Assembly: GCA_963806855.1 (NCBI GenBank)
Contig: CAWDYW010000001.1
Span: 1,385,275-1,449,274, forward strand
Direction: 5' to 3'
Source of the DNA: an uncultured Verrucomicrobiae bacterium
Lineage (GTDB): Bacteria; Chlamydiota; Chlamydiia; Chlamydiales; Rhabdochlamydiaceae
DNA: 64,000 nt
Shown: one piece after another, positions 39,501 through 49,206 of the stretch
Position numbering within the stretch: the first letter of the stretch is position 1
How the letters are laid out: each line of letters starts with the position of its first letter
The notes under the pieces: model-generated
What the model was told of the DNA's origin: nothing
Database searches by the model: none
What the model saw: the letters and a program-made list of their open reading frames with translations, nothing else
Program-made: the position numbers and the translations under genes

Positions 39501-42500
39501 AAATATACTGCAGGTAAGTCCGCTCCCGGTCGGTCAGCCCTGAATCCTGCAAAGATTTGCGCAGTTTGGGGATGGGGTCTTCAATTAAATCTTGATTTTG
39601 TCCTGCATGGCTTAAATAACGTCTTGCTTTTGCAGCGATATCTAGGAAGGAAGCGGCGATTTCATATTTGCCCATTAGCTCACCGAAGTATTGATGTCCG
39701 TGGATGGCAAGATTCTCAATGCTCTTGGTCAAAGCAGCCAGTTCTTTGGGATTTCTCGATTGGATCTCCTCCAATAAAAACCCCTGTTCAAAGAGCATAT
39801 AGTGGAGCATCTTGATGTATTCACTTTTCTCAAGCAGAGGGAAATTGGTCGTAAAGAAGGCGAGGGTTTCTTCAATTTGCAACTGCTCTTTACTGCTCAG
39901 TCCCAAGAGCCGCTGCGCCATTTCTCGAGATTCTTTGAGTGTATGTACACGTTGAAATTGTGGCCACCAGTGTGAATGAATCCAAGATTGATCATACCTC
40001 GATTCTGCATCCTTGTGCTCCAAGAGGGCCCGATCTTTTGGTGGCTGGCGATATCGATAGAGGCTACCTCCCCAATCTCTTTCAACTCGTTCAATTTTCC
40101 CATAGACATTACTTAAGCTTTCATCATGTTCCCCATAAGCCCCTGTCAGAATAGGACCTGGGAGTACAACATCCGGGCCCGTTGATCTCCATATAGAACG
40201 ATGTCTTTGTGCTCTATCGCCTGCCGGATGTCCATACTGTTCAAAGTGCAGCTCCCAGAAATAGTGAGGGCCTTCGTCAGTCTGTTCTACATAGCGATCC
40301 ACACTCCGGATCGGCCTTTGACGCAACATGAAATCTGCGTCTTTATCAAGATTATAGGATTGTTTTTGCTGCAAATATGACCAATGGTCAGCACTATTCC
40401 ACCCTCCGGTAAAAAGATAATTTGTGATAAAGGAGAGATCCCATAAATGGAAAAAGATCTCAGGGAGGACCCCTTGGACTCGCCCTGAATGATTCATTTC
40501 CATCTTGCTCAAAGGGTTATTTGGATCGGGGAACCTACGATCTTCTTCAGCTCGCAATTGATCCATGAGCGCAGCTAAAGCAACAGCTGTAGGCGAAGCT
40601 TTTTGCAGAAGGGGAAGTTGTGAATGAAGCTCTTTTAGTTTTTCTGGATGATCTCTTAAATATTGCACAGTCCACGCGATGAGCGGCCATTCTTGCCATT
40701 TTCCAAATGCCTGAGGTACATATTTAACTTTCCTTTCTGCTAGCTCAACATCTTCACTTATATGAATCTTAACATCGCTATTATAATAATATAATCCTGT
40801 TGGAGCCCATTCAAAGCCAAAAAGAGATGCAAATTTTTCCCAATCAGCAAGAGGCTGAGTTATTTCCTTACCCCTTTCTTTACCGCTAGGATCAACTTTG
40901 TCCCAATAGGCCCTCAGTTTAGCCATATCGTCTTCCAAAGCAGGGTTATCAACGCGGCTATAGGCCGTTATTCCATAGAGGACAACGGCCATTTGCTGCT
41001 GAAGCATATTTGGCAACGCGATCCCGGTCGACCCTTCAAATTGACGGGCAATCGAATCGGCGATCGTCAGCAACTTGATCGGCACCATCGCATCCTTAAT
41101 CGGCAAACGGAACATACGACTCGGATCCTTGTGGAGCACCCACTGAAGGGACCACTGAAATTCGCTGGCCAGCTGCACCAGGTCATCGACAAAAGACACA
41201 GCCTCAGCAGGTGAAATCGATTTGGCGAAGGGCGAACCCATTTTTTCGGTCGCTAAAATTTGATCCAGCGGCATGCTCTGAACAAAGCTGTGAGTTGCGG
41301 CTCTCACTTGTTGCCAATTGTTCGCGATATTTCCCTGATGGATTTTCTTGACCGCCTCCTTCACCGACTTTGCCCCTTCGAAAGGGGAAATCTCGAGTCC
41401 TTGATAGGGAGGAGCCGGTTCAATGCCTCTTCCTGTAGAGGAAGCTGCAAAATCGACCTTGGCTCCAGTAAACACTAAGTCAGAGATTTTCGAATCGATC
41501 TTGACAAGGTAAGGGGAAACGTCGATTTCTCGATTCCGCTTGGCACCCTGAATGATTTCCTCCATGCGGCTTGAGATGAGCTCGAGCTCTCGATCATTTA
41601 GACTATTTCTCTCCGGTTGCGCGACCCGAATCGCATCTTGAATCGTCTGCTTCGCAGCTCGGACAAGGAGCTCTCGATTTGTGTTATCCAACGTCTCCCT
41701 ATTCGCTTGCCAATAGTCCCAAGTGGCCTTCGCCTCTAGCTCCACCATCACACGATCATGAAGTTGATCGCTGCCGAGCTGATGATGCAACCATGCGGAA
41801 AGCGAGGAGTAAGTGCAAATCCCAACAAAGATGCTTGGCAGCAGATGCTCGGCCGGAATTAGCCGTTTGCTGATCTTCCCTTCCATCCGGCCAAACAGAT
41901 TGTAGTACATCTCAGAAGGATCCCATTTCACCCCATCTTTTGGCTCATTCTTCATTTCCTGCAGCCCTTGAATCACGACCGGGCGGATCAGATTGGCGCG
42001 GCGCACCTCGACGATTTCGTGCATCCCGAGCACCTGCATCTTGTCTCCCATATTAGTAGACGGATGATACTGGACCCCATCGCCCATATTATAAATCCTA
42101 AACGTGAAGTCATCGTCACCCATCTTGACAATTTCATAGATCACCGCGTGCCCACCCATCATGCCTGGGGATGTCCAACCGCCAGACCAAATGAGATTAT
42201 CCCCTACAGCTAACTGACTCAGCTCGAAATTCAATCGTTTGGAAAATTGATTGTTGTCCAACTTCTCAAAGTCTTCAGTACGGGTAATCCCCTGCTCGAT
42301 TTTATCTGCCGCAACCTGCAACCGGGGGTCGTTTCGGAGCCTAAGTTGGTCCTTGACATAAGAGAGCATGGCAACACTCTGATAGCTTTCCAGACCAGAT
42401 GCCTTTCCAAATTCTCGTCCTGCTAAATGGAGAACAAGCCCTGAGTCGACCGGCGGTCCCTGCGCATCTAGGTAATGGACGAGATTATTCTCTTGGAACA

Positions 42501-43920
42501 CATCGAGAGCTGTTCTAGAAACTGCATTTGCTTGAGCAGGCTGCTCCTTTTCTGCCTTAAAGAAAACTTCCAGCCAGTCCCCAATGCTCATGTGGTGATA
42601 GGGAGACGGAATCTGCTTGGCCATTCTGGTTTGAACTACTGCATCGCATACCTTCTGAATCTGCTCAGAACTTGGCGCATGATCGAAGTTCGTCAACATC
42701 TTTTGAACTGCCTCTTTTGCCTCTGGAGAGAGCTTTCGAAGAAGACTATCATCCATACTGCCCGCTTTGGATTGCTTGAGGACATTCCATTTGTCGCTTA
42801 AGATTGCCCCCAGACGGGACCCATCCTTCTCATATTCACTCTTAAGGCTAGGATCGATCTTAGAAAATACCTCCTTTTGCATCTGCTCAGCCTGAGCCTT
42901 CAGCGCTGCCGTCTCATGGCCGAGTAAGACCGACCCGGCACCCTGCAGCATCGTCAGCACCTGAAGACCTAAAAATAGCCAGGCAGCCCAAGTTCCCTTT
43001 TGCTCACCATCTTCGCCCGTGAGCTTCTTGTACTTCTTCTGATCGATCCTACCCTGGAAAAAGGCCTTGCGACGCTCCTTATCTTGAGAGACTGCACCAG
43101 TGGGAAACTCCCCTAACTCCTCAAGGGCCCCCTCAATTTCCTTCGCCTGCCATCGCAATTCCTCTGCAACTCCTTTCAGCGGTCCGTCCAACCGATCGGC
43201 CACCCAATAGAGCTTTTTCACCTGCGTCTTCATCCGCCCGATCAGACGCAAATGAGTCCGCAAATCCTGATCCTGTGAATCCGCATATTCCTTTTTCGCC
43301 CGCTGTATCTCCGGCCGAATCGCCTTAATTAAGTCCCGTCCCTGATCCTCGATGCCCCACTGAATGTGTTTCAGATCCCTAAGCGCCCAATTCCGATCGA
43401 AATTCCCCTCAATCGCCATCGCTTTCGATAGAGTCGGCAGCGTAGAGGCCATCGCGATCAAGTGATCTAAATAGATCTCCCCACTTCCAGCCTTTAGCTT
43501 TAGCGCCTGTTCCGCCAAATCCTCCATCCCGCTATAGGCCTGCTCAATTGCCTTCGACGCCATCTGGATGAACTTCAGCTGATTGCCAAACTCTGCGACC
43601 CGACCCTTTAGCGAGAGATCTCCCGTAGGCTGCTGAGCAAGCCACTTCTGCACCCGCTTTAGCGCCTTTTCCTGAGCCCACAGGGGAGCCTTGGTGGCCG
43701 ATTGGATGATCTTCTCAATCTCCTCAATCTGCTCCACCCCAAATGGGGCATTCCCGCTTAGCTTCCGCTCAACGGTTGCGACCAGCCGCTGTCCCAGGTC
43801 CTCAATGACCTCGGCCGCGACCGCCAACCCCTTTTCAGTAGGAATGGCATAAGAGTTATCGAACGTAATACGCTCAATTTCTGGCATTTGCGAATTATTC
43901 GCTTGTATAATATTAGACAT
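33541..43920 (-). CDS. Giant protein (3459 aa) with a DUF3638-like P-loop domain; candidate effector
   Basis: Uninterrupted ORF; LVFEY, EMIMGSGKTAVLIPL, FDELD, GFSGT, TGSDI, LLQTVWRLR helicase-like motifs in the C-terminal third. Confidence 0.8.
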   Translation of the reverse strand: MSNIIQANNSQMPEIERITFDNSYAIPTEKGLAVAAEVIEDLGQRLVATVERKLSGNAPFGVEQIEEIEKIIQSATKAPLWAQEKALKRVQKWLAQQPTGDLSLKGRVAEFGNQLKFIQMASKAIEQAYSGMEDLAEQALKLKAGSGEIYLDHLIAMASTLPTLSKAMAIEGNFDRNWALRDLKHIQWGIEDQGRDLIKAIRPEIQRAKKEYADSQDQDLRTHLRLIGRMKTQVKKLYWVADRLDGPLKGVAEELRWQAKEIEGALEELGEFPTGAVSQDKERRKAFFQGRIDQKKYKKLTGEDGEQKGTWAAWLFLGLQVLTMLQGAGSVLLGHETAALKAQAEQMQKEVFSKIDPSLKSEYEKDGSRLGAILSDKWNVLKQSKAGSMDDSLLRKLSPEAKEAVQKMLTNFDHAPSSEQIQKVCDAVVQTRMAKQIPSPYHHMSIGDWLEVFFKAEKEQPAQANAVSRTALDVFQENNLVHYLDAQGPPVDSGLVLHLAGREFGKASGLESYQSVAMLSYVKDQLRLRNDPRLQVAADKIEQGITRTEDFEKLDNNQFSKRLNFELSQLAVGDNLIWSGGWTSPGMMGGHAVIYEIVKMGDDDFTFRIYNMGDGVQYHPSTNMGDKMQVLGMHEIVEVRRANLIRPVVIQGLQEMKNEPKDGVKWDPSEMYYNLFGRMEGKISKRLIPAEHLLPSIFVGICTYSSLSAWLHHQLGSDQLHDRVMVELEAKATWDYWQANRETLDNTNRELLVRAAKQTIQDAIRVAQPERNSLNDRELELISSRMEEIIQGAKRNREIDVSPYLVKIDSKISDLVFTGAKVDFAASSTGRGIEPAPPYQGLEISPFEGAKSVKEAVKKIHQGNIANNWQQVRAATHSFVQSMPLDQILATEKMGSPFAKSISPAEAVSFVDDLVQLASEFQWSLQWVLHKDPSRMFRLPIKDAMVPIKLLTIADSIARQFEGSTGIALPNMLQQQMAVVLYGITAYSRVDNPALEDDMAKLRAYWDKVDPSGKERGKEITQPLADWEKFASLFGFEWAPTGLYYYNSDVKIHISEDVELAERKVKYVPQAFGKWQEWPLIAWTVQYLRDHPEKLKELHSQLPLLQKASPTAVALAALMDQLRAEEDRRFPDPNNPLSKMEMNHSGRVQGVLPEIFFHLWDLSFITNYLFTGGWNSADHWSYLQQKQSYNLDKDADFMLRQRPIRSVDRYVEQTDEGPHYFWELHFEQYGHPAGDRAQRHRSIWRSTGPDVVLPGPILTGAYGEHDESLSNVYGKIERVERDWGGSLYRYRQPPKDRALLEHKDAESRYDQSWIHSHWWPQFQRVHTLKESREMAQRLLGLSSKEQLQIEETLAFFTTNFPLLEKSEYIKMLHYMLFEQGFLLEEIQSRNPKELAALTKSIENLAIHGHQYFGELMGKYEIAASFLDIAAKARRYLSHAGQNQDLIEDPIPKLRKSLQDSGLTDRERTYLQYILAKSSQDPLDIVTLGIQQNLYPFEFTPFDDEIRRDLPIEHRVAIRALFMGPDRNRHLNTILQNVLPHHKAQEWKVHGDFPLFQTTDGRITLNVLKGSYYEVGLTPRALPEEIRERLKQYQLTSNPEAIKAVQTPDGGFLFTTPEGVRMVAKNDEAFYQREIDGKFYQLQLNPLEVCYGIRALESGNLVWSNNEETRILEIGTGKEKFQIRNEKITRHDGLVLAKVAQSFNFLTKFEDPSWILAWTDPNNGKLAAIEFPRFNLSFTVDGEGKIRCDQLSGYFLHPIQRHSYLEKIENYLVLDRLDRNQNTQQVIAMPLQHFAESRSHAFDPEAVLLRDIRAPKQRYALYDVDPMDRTLIPRPIEGRFHLAMVHLWHHNYELAAELIRGYGGQHSPYTAEELKLLDKMIELNKFNHDHSPQGNAVRMIAFAARIRHHLDFGKEAKMPSENRDYSKYRHQLEFTPELALTKEEEHLIQEQLGISRSGESKNVQMQIPDGYIEKSQGRREQNWKLFFDALSGNDAREGLLRAGLNGKNFYDIYEAILRSDYQAAYRRLTGTFLSAELDAEQAYEELLTALQVVRSGRVSDATKVLAKVLIIALMEGPVQLPSRAEIIETVRKTDGGWSHQERSENEMDRSHFYHKYFSKDSPYKPQFSTVSGTTKARAPIVRREPPAQIDAREAYQHSVKLHSVPKLQGPVIADLDDYITPIPTGKISTAALQKIFQVKPVEDVVQKLQDYESQTSALPTYRLKDREGLRRCRLEIEQEHFVMTGRESTALKNILEAANRLPQDPTLKAAHQAALASGNLTPVTLLDLARALTQRQPARIQKLNPGLSAQEIDRLLQATMDLLIHATERQRKQAVIEALKDLEEANGTSPQEISNLIGQIKAASDAVRQFDPAEHPEYLVFEYYMGILLQERQVAGLDELMHRVRRGEKIHSKEVSNVLEMIMGSGKTAVLIPLIAYLEANGEQLSLIVMPEGLMPDKIQELEERFGKSFGRSIDVLTFDRDTNFEIGALKRLLTRLDEARESGKLVMVSSSSLQSLLLRFIEDVLNKNSSRQIDLFRQVLAKLRNHGSITFDELDSIADVLKLQIFSLAGPNGERIPANEELKTTTAELIKFMVTDPQLAPICTKPFTAETHHKIVKPRLLEAILTGKICPEISKLDQSLIRNYLLNKEDPEAFAYVAGLESLSLKNQLAVCKQQLNKMIPETFSKRVDEHYGLVEDHQVDEETKLISKPLEKGSWEIGSEHGTAEEGINYSLQIYLAKGLPKEFVRKEFHELRDQLLSDLAEGAIKSAEESPIFAQLMRMTGGKRYPLNRIGDKEIDEILAHINQNDPGLIIDLAMKYAIHPQLKIFPLQLQADALVLFQMAMTTRGFSGTIWNWQTFDAMFKAIQLSDTEAKTLHLLHTNSPQDVTIVSAKDLDGKLDQLFQGKSSIAIADVGNMFADDNGEEVARKILEKGPWKGVPYYDEKDNLLVALPGRPSEPLLGAGVAKEDRAPYWKQELCTGSDIPLGITASAVVTFGRYTMMRDLLQTVWRLRKLDRGQTVRFAVEEGDRAVIVETLENLTKQKIEKLELRHLLLYAAYSQALRIADDNHRSFGQQLRAQLIGQVFNVIVQPEVTSDQIIEILQATKGLFLREIDPNPYNLYGTCESLEQAKKVVEAELQEVLSSEPMIALAEHPVLAQYCDVQAIEKELRETADRMLPRMASHLYQPIDTGVRLKVKTKTRAKTKTEANTETKTKTKTQVQLRTAVHEKRPELPVDVLPWTKETLFTPDLLKPASASLVREANINNLPARQVAVADALSHYHPIASIFDPRLLTSLNRMPIYTPKDLAKQVRFVPYDEYEDPVTNHILLIEDKGEIRVMLLDQDDASQIKTLMKDRIPDAPNLGLLNLGTNKIWRHSGQPIELAHFHGLTAQAKLVNGILDYTEEERAALLEFLQGKDVKAIRQWFTQIVLGNRQRSQERFPNSDLAKVFNQAIERQQ

Positions 43921-43974
43921 AATTAACTGTATAGTTAATTATACACTATTAATTAATTCTTTACAAATAATTAA

Positions 43975-44415
43975 CTATTTAAAAACGGAGAACTTTTTGG
44001 TTAATGGGGAGACCTCTTCGATCGTCCCAAATAGCCCCACCCCATAGGGCTCGACCTGGTCGAGAGGGGTAATGGCCGTTTTTTGGATGAGATCTTCTTC
44101 GATCCCATTAAAAGACATCGTGCTGGTAAAAAGGGCCGAAAGGAGCCCCTTTTCCTTTGCTGCTGCATAGAGAGTGAGGATCTGATTGCCATTGCCCTTG
44201 AGAACAACAAACGAAAGGGTCGACAACGTGATCAGGCTCGAGGACGCTGGCCCATCGAATGAGACAAAATGCATCTGGGCACGCTGCTCGGGGGTGGCGT
44301 TAGCCTGTAATGACATCGCAATCTGTCCCGTGGCGCTTAGGAGTTTGCCCAGCGGGGATTTCTCATTGACGACGATAACAAATTTATGAGTAGCTGCGGT
44401 ATTAACACTTGCCAT
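43975..44415 (-). CDS. DUF2000-like protein (PTH2-like fold)
   Basis: KFVIVVNE, FVVLKG, FTSTM, GVGLFG..VSPLTKKFS. Confidence 0.7.
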   Translation of the reverse strand: MASVNTAATHKFVIVVNEKSPLGKLLSATGQIAMSLQANATPEQRAQMHFVSFDGPASSSLITLSTLSFVVLKGNGNQILTLYAAAKEKGLLSALFTSTMSFNGIEEDLIQKTAITPLDQVEPYGVGLFGTIEEVSPLTKKFSVFK

Positions 44416-44417
44416 AT

Positions 44418-45035
44418 TTACCTTTCAAGATAGTAGGGAGCAATAAATGCTACAGCACTCATCAGTGCATAGCATGCTGCCATTTTTTTATATTCCTGGC
44501 GCCAAGAATAGGCGGCTGCAAGGAGAGCCCCGACACCGAGTGTTGTCGTAGCGGTTTTGGAAATACTAAATGATGGAAGCCGATCTTGATAACCATCGCA
44601 AATTTTGTCGAGCAGCCTCCCTTCGAAGTTAAGTCCGACATACAACTTATTCTCAGGATTCGGCGTATCATATGCAATCCTAACTAAATCACGAGTATTC
44701 CAACTGAGACAAAGCCCTTCTACGTTGGTATTTAACTTGCCATGGGAGATATAATTAATTGTATCGGCAATACTTATACTTGTAGCTGGAATCCCATCGA
44801 AGTGGTTGCTTAGCACAACAGGACATTGGGTGTTTTTAGATGCGACAGTAACGACAAACTTGGATGGGTTGAAATTGCTGTTTAGCTGCTCTGTTTGATT
44901 GATAAACTTTAAAAAGAGATTTTTTATTTCAGGAAAATCGCACACCTCGCAAAGAGGCGCAATTTTTCTTAGGATGAATTCAGGTATTCCATCCCAAATA
45001 TTTATGTTGTTTTCTCTGATAGATTGTAGGGGCAT
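44418..45035 (-). CDS. Hypothetical protein with C-terminal double-TM anchor
   Basis: 205-aa ORF ending in two hydrophobic helices separated by a basic loop. Confidence 0.7.
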   Translation of the reverse strand: MPLQSIRENNINIWDGIPEFILRKIAPLCEVCDFPEIKNLFLKFINQTEQLNSNFNPSKFVVTVASKNTQCPVVLSNHFDGIPATSISIADTINYISHGKLNTNVEGLCLSWNTRDLVRIAYDTPNPENKLYVGLNFEGRLLDKICDGYQDRLPSFSISKTATTTLGVGALLAAAYSWRQEYKKMAACYALMSAVAFIAPYYLER

Positions 45036-45188
45036 TTTTCATTCCTTCGCGGTGTTCGATGGAAGAAGTATAGGATGTTTAGAATTTTAGCTCAAGAATT
45101 TCCATAGGACATAAATGAACGTCTAGTCTATTATTACCTTCACTGAAATTTCAAAGAGTATTTTGAGGATATTTCCTTAGAGGAACCG

Positions 45189-48100
45189 ATGTCGACACCA
45201 GTAAATTCACACACTTCCACCCGCCTAGTTTCTCCTTTATCAGCTCCTGAGATGGTACAACAGAATCCATCTCACACGGCTGTCGAATTGGGCCAATATT
45301 GGGCCGATTTGACAATGAAGGAGGGAGCCCCTCTTAAGAGTTTTTCTTTAAATGGATGCACCGAAGAAGAATTTCTAGCGGCTTATGAGGCGGGGAAAGC
45401 CTATCTTCCTCCAGGAGATGATGCACTACTCGTCTACTTCTTTAATGCCGCGCCTCTGTTTCTAGGACATTTTGGCAAATATCCGCCTGGGGAGAGGGCA
45501 CTAAAAACGGAAAACACTCTCTGTCAATATCTCCTCACTCATGAAATGACCAAAAGTCGCTGTGTTTTGCAAGTGCTAGGCTCTCTAAATGCTAAGGCGG
45601 GAGGGAATTGTCGTCTAATCTCTGATCATCAATTACAAGTTCCTTGTGGAGATAATCTTTATTTGCAGATTCCTCTTGAATACGAGAAATGCCTGGATTT
45701 TATCCTTTCGCAATTAAATCAACGAGATCATGAAATGTTCCAGGTTCTCACCAATGGACTGAATCTCTTCACTCCAGATGATGCTGAACCTTCTCCTGGC
45801 GCCTCTTCCGTCTGCACAACTCTCATGGAGATTTATCGAGCCTTGAATCGGAAAAAGGATTATTGGGCCTCTCTCCGACTTCTCTCGCTTTTGGCCAATG
45901 CTGGATATAATCCTATCGACTCTAAAACGGTTTTTGATCTCCCTGATCAGCTGAGCTTTGTCGAAAAAATTAAACAATTTGACAAGCTTCTGCCCCGTCT
46001 AAGATCAGCTTATAAAAATAGCCGATTTGCCAATGTGATTGAAGCAGCTTGCAACAGACCCTCTGCAACTCGGCAAGCAGCTGTAGAGGCTTTGCGGGTT
46101 TGCAACGATGCTGAGGTATTAGCATTTGCCTGGCAGCTCGAGGATGAAAAACGGGTCGATTTTTTGCATGAAATAGCCCCCACCATGCCCGAGGAAGCCC
46201 TGCCATTTGCCCTCAATCATCTCATCAAACTCTGTAAGACAGCAAATTGTCCTATATTAGTTGCCGCCTATCTTGAGAGGTTGCTAAGATCTCCCTCTGC
46301 CTTGAATGCCAATTATGAGCCAGTTCTTGTGAGTTTATTATCAACTTACCTACGACCTCTGCTAAGTATGGAAACGGCGGGTCAGTTGATGGATCAATTG
46401 GGTGAAAGTTGTGCTTTTGTCAGTGACACGAAAATTATTAGCGATCTTGCAGGGCTCCTTGTACGTGAAGGGGCTGATAGCGCTCTTTGGTCTAAGTTTC
46501 AATCTCTTCTCACAACTCTGGTTAGAGATGGAAAGTTTGTGGAAGAGGTGATTGTGGTCTTCGAAACGGTTGCTAGGACAGCGGCAGCGGCAGGTTGCTT
46601 TGAAGTGGCGATTCCCCAACTGGGGAAAAGAAAACTGGATCAAAAACAGCGGATCGCCAGAGCCTATATAGCAGCCATTCAATTGCAATCTGATCCCATA
46701 ATAAAAGATCGGATGATCGCTACCCTCCCAGAGGGTTGGTTAAGCGGGCAATTGCGCAACGAGGAGACCTGGGAAGCCTTTGCCGATCTTCTGCTATACT
46801 CCTGTAGTAGAAAGGATTTTAAGGATCCAAAAGTGGTCCATGCAGCCGTCCAAGATGCCCTTTGGCTAGTTCCCCATCTGCTCAGCCGCGACCAATCTCC
46901 CCATTTTGCCAATTTTGAAGCACTGATACAGCGTTTTCACAGTCGCAATCTTGGAGAGGAATGGAAGCCCCATCTAGCAGGTCTGCTCGGGCGCAATCCT
47001 GGAAATAGCCAGCTGCTGACCAAACTCATTGAAATTGCTAGCAAAGTCGAAAAGAGGGTTTTACAAGAATGCCAAACCCTCCAGAAGGATGGTCAAACGG
47101 AGGTTGTGCGCAGATGTATGACAGCTTACAGAGCGACTGGCACCTTCGCAATGCCTAAGCCGGGTGATGCTTCTCTCACTGAGCAGTTCCAAAATGCCCT
47201 TAGCTCCAAAAAATTGACCTTAGCTCTATCGCTACTGCAAAAAATGGAAGGACCACAGTGGGAATTATGGAGACAATTTATCGGATGCCTGCCCGAAAAA
47301 CCCGATCAGGTTCTCGCTGAGCAGGCCTTTTCAGTTTGGCAAGCGAAGCACCCGATTGGTGACCACAAGCCAGAAGACGAGCCCTACTGGAAAGAAGCTA
47401 TACAAAGGCTCGTGACCAATGTAAGTTCCGCTTCGCCTGTTTTGGCTGATTTTATCATAACGCGGATGGAAAAGTATGCAGCCGTTTTGGGTAAAGAGAA
47501 TTCTGAAATTTTGGTGAGGAGTTGTCGAGAGCTCGGAGTCGCGGCCTGCTGGAATAGACAAACTACGCAACCCGCTGCGATTTTACGAGGGCTTTTACGT
47601 TTTAGGGATCATGCCGACGACCGTTTCTTTCTGATGCTCGCAAATCAAGAAGAACAGGACCTCTATGAGATTGGCAACCGGTGGGTTTTAGAAAGAATTG
47701 CAGAGCCCCTTGTAGATGTGGGTTTATTTAAGAGGTACTCTCTCAGACCCTATTTCCCAAAAGGAAGTGTAGAAGATCAGACTAAATTTCTGACATGGAT
47801 TAAAAATAATTTGACATCTTTTCCTGCTCAGATCTCTTGGACAGAAAAATATCGGATTTTCTCTGTCCTGTGCAGTGCCTGCCTTGAAAATCATAATGAG
47901 GATCAAAAAATCCCCCTTTTTACAGGTGTCGGATCCCTTTGGGATAATCTTCTTGCAACTCTTCCCCAAGCTTACCGTGACAATGCAAAATGCGCTGAAT
48001 ATTTTCATTCAGCCACCATAGCCTATGTCGATGCTGCAATGAAAAATCTGCCTAACAAAATTCTCAGGCATAATATATTGATTGCCATAAACCAAGGCTT

Positions 48101-49196
48101 TCTTGGACGAGCAGCTCCATTTTTTTCACAGGAAACCGCCTTTAAATTCAGGTTCTATCAATGCTTCAACATGTTATCCCTAATACCATTTGACTTTCCA
48201 GATGAAGGTAATCGCGTGAATATTACCTTAGCAGATCTCAACGACTGCTTTATCCATTTCATTCGATATTCAAATCCGGAATTATCAAACTATGTGGTAA
48301 AACTCCTATTTTACTTTTGCCCTCTATTAAATCATCCGAATCCTGACATCACTGTTACCCTAAGGATCATTTTAGAGAATTTGCTCTCATCACCTCTCAT
48401 CACCAAAGCAAAAGCTCCCGCGACATCTATATGGGTCACTGTCCTGCAAAATCTCTGCTTGGCCATTTTAAATCTTCAGCCTGAGAGACGCGCTGACGCA
48501 GTAAAAATGGTAGCTCAGCTCTTTAGGTACTGCACAGCTCCTAAGCTCGATAAACAGATTGTCGATCCTTCCGTCAATATGCTTGGAACTCTCTTCTTTT
48601 CAAACCCCCATATAGACCTGCTTCCCGATGAAGACTGGAAAGTGTTAATCGAAGGGCAAACCACCCGATCAATCAGAAGGTTAATGACTATTCTAAGGAC
48701 CGAAATCGAAGAGATGGCGCTCGAGAAGACCTTTTCAAGCAGCCTGGCTCTTGCGCGATTGATCTGCCATGCCAATCCTGGCGATAAACTATTGCTCCGC
48801 GACTTAGTAGAACATTGTGCATTGGGAACTGGAACACATTTTAACAATCTAAGCGGAAGATGTGAACCCATACTCAATTTACGACTCCATAGCCAATGGA
48901 TCCGAGCGATTTCCTCTTTATCCAGAAAATGCAAGGCAATGAATACCCAGATCGACAGAGCTCTTGTCACTAGCAGAGTCAAAATGACCCAAACTCTGAC
49001 CGCCTCTGTCTGCCAATTGATTGTGGACAAGCCCAGTTATGATCTTTACATCCCCTTTCTAAAAGATGCCCTGACCGGGGATAATGACTTTGAGGTAACT
49101 AAACAGGTACACGGCCTCCTGACACATAGCCAGGTAGCAGAACTCAATGATTTCAAAGAACGATTGGAATTCGTCCTCAACTCAGTTAAAAAATAA
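45189..49196 (+). CDS. Large alpha-helical orphan protein (1335 aa)
   Basis: AGAGGA RBS; long Leu-rich ORF; Ser/Thr-rich N-terminus; no recognised motif. Confidence 0.8.
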   Translation: MSTPVNSHTSTRLVSPLSAPEMVQQNPSHTAVELGQYWADLTMKEGAPLKSFSLNGCTEEEFLAAYEAGKAYLPPGDDALLVYFFNAAPLFLGHFGKYPPGERALKTENTLCQYLLTHEMTKSRCVLQVLGSLNAKAGGNCRLISDHQLQVPCGDNLYLQIPLEYEKCLDFILSQLNQRDHEMFQVLTNGLNLFTPDDAEPSPGASSVCTTLMEIYRALNRKKDYWASLRLLSLLANAGYNPIDSKTVFDLPDQLSFVEKIKQFDKLLPRLRSAYKNSRFANVIEAACNRPSATRQAAVEALRVCNDAEVLAFAWQLEDEKRVDFLHEIAPTMPEEALPFALNHLIKLCKTANCPILVAAYLERLLRSPSALNANYEPVLVSLLSTYLRPLLSMETAGQLMDQLGESCAFVSDTKIISDLAGLLVREGADSALWSKFQSLLTTLVRDGKFVEEVIVVFETVARTAAAAGCFEVAIPQLGKRKLDQKQRIARAYIAAIQLQSDPIIKDRMIATLPEGWLSGQLRNEETWEAFADLLLYSCSRKDFKDPKVVHAAVQDALWLVPHLLSRDQSPHFANFEALIQRFHSRNLGEEWKPHLAGLLGRNPGNSQLLTKLIEIASKVEKRVLQECQTLQKDGQTEVVRRCMTAYRATGTFAMPKPGDASLTEQFQNALSSKKLTLALSLLQKMEGPQWELWRQFIGCLPEKPDQVLAEQAFSVWQAKHPIGDHKPEDEPYWKEAIQRLVTNVSSASPVLADFIITRMEKYAAVLGKENSEILVRSCRELGVAACWNRQTTQPAAILRGLLRFRDHADDRFFLMLANQEEQDLYEIGNRWVLERIAEPLVDVGLFKRYSLRPYFPKGSVEDQTKFLTWIKNNLTSFPAQISWTEKYRIFSVLCSACLENHNEDQKIPLFTGVGSLWDNLLATLPQAYRDNAKCAEYFHSATIAYVDAAMKNLPNKILRHNILIAINQGFLGRAAPFFSQETAFKFRFYQCFNMLSLIPFDFPDEGNRVNITLADLNDCFIHFIRYSNPELSNYVVKLLFYFCPLLNHPNPDITVTLRIILENLLSSPLITKAKAPATSIWVTVLQNLCLAILNLQPERRADAVKMVAQLFRYCTAPKLDKQIVDPSVNMLGTLFFSNPHIDLLPDEDWKVLIEGQTTRSIRRLMTILRTEIEEMALEKTFSSSLALARLICHANPGDKLLLRDLVEHCALGTGTHFNNLSGRCEPILNLRLHSQWIRAISSLSRKCKAMNTQIDRALVTSRVKMTQTLTASVCQLIVDKPSYDLYIPFLKDALTGDNDFEVTKQVHGLLTHSQVAELNDFKERLEFVLNSVKK

Positions 49197-49206
49197 TTAA
49201 TTATAT

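Noticed and set aside
43920..43975. AT-rich palindromes upstream of the giant gene as a mobile element
   Set aside because: Short and very AT-rich; at most a promoter or terminator feature
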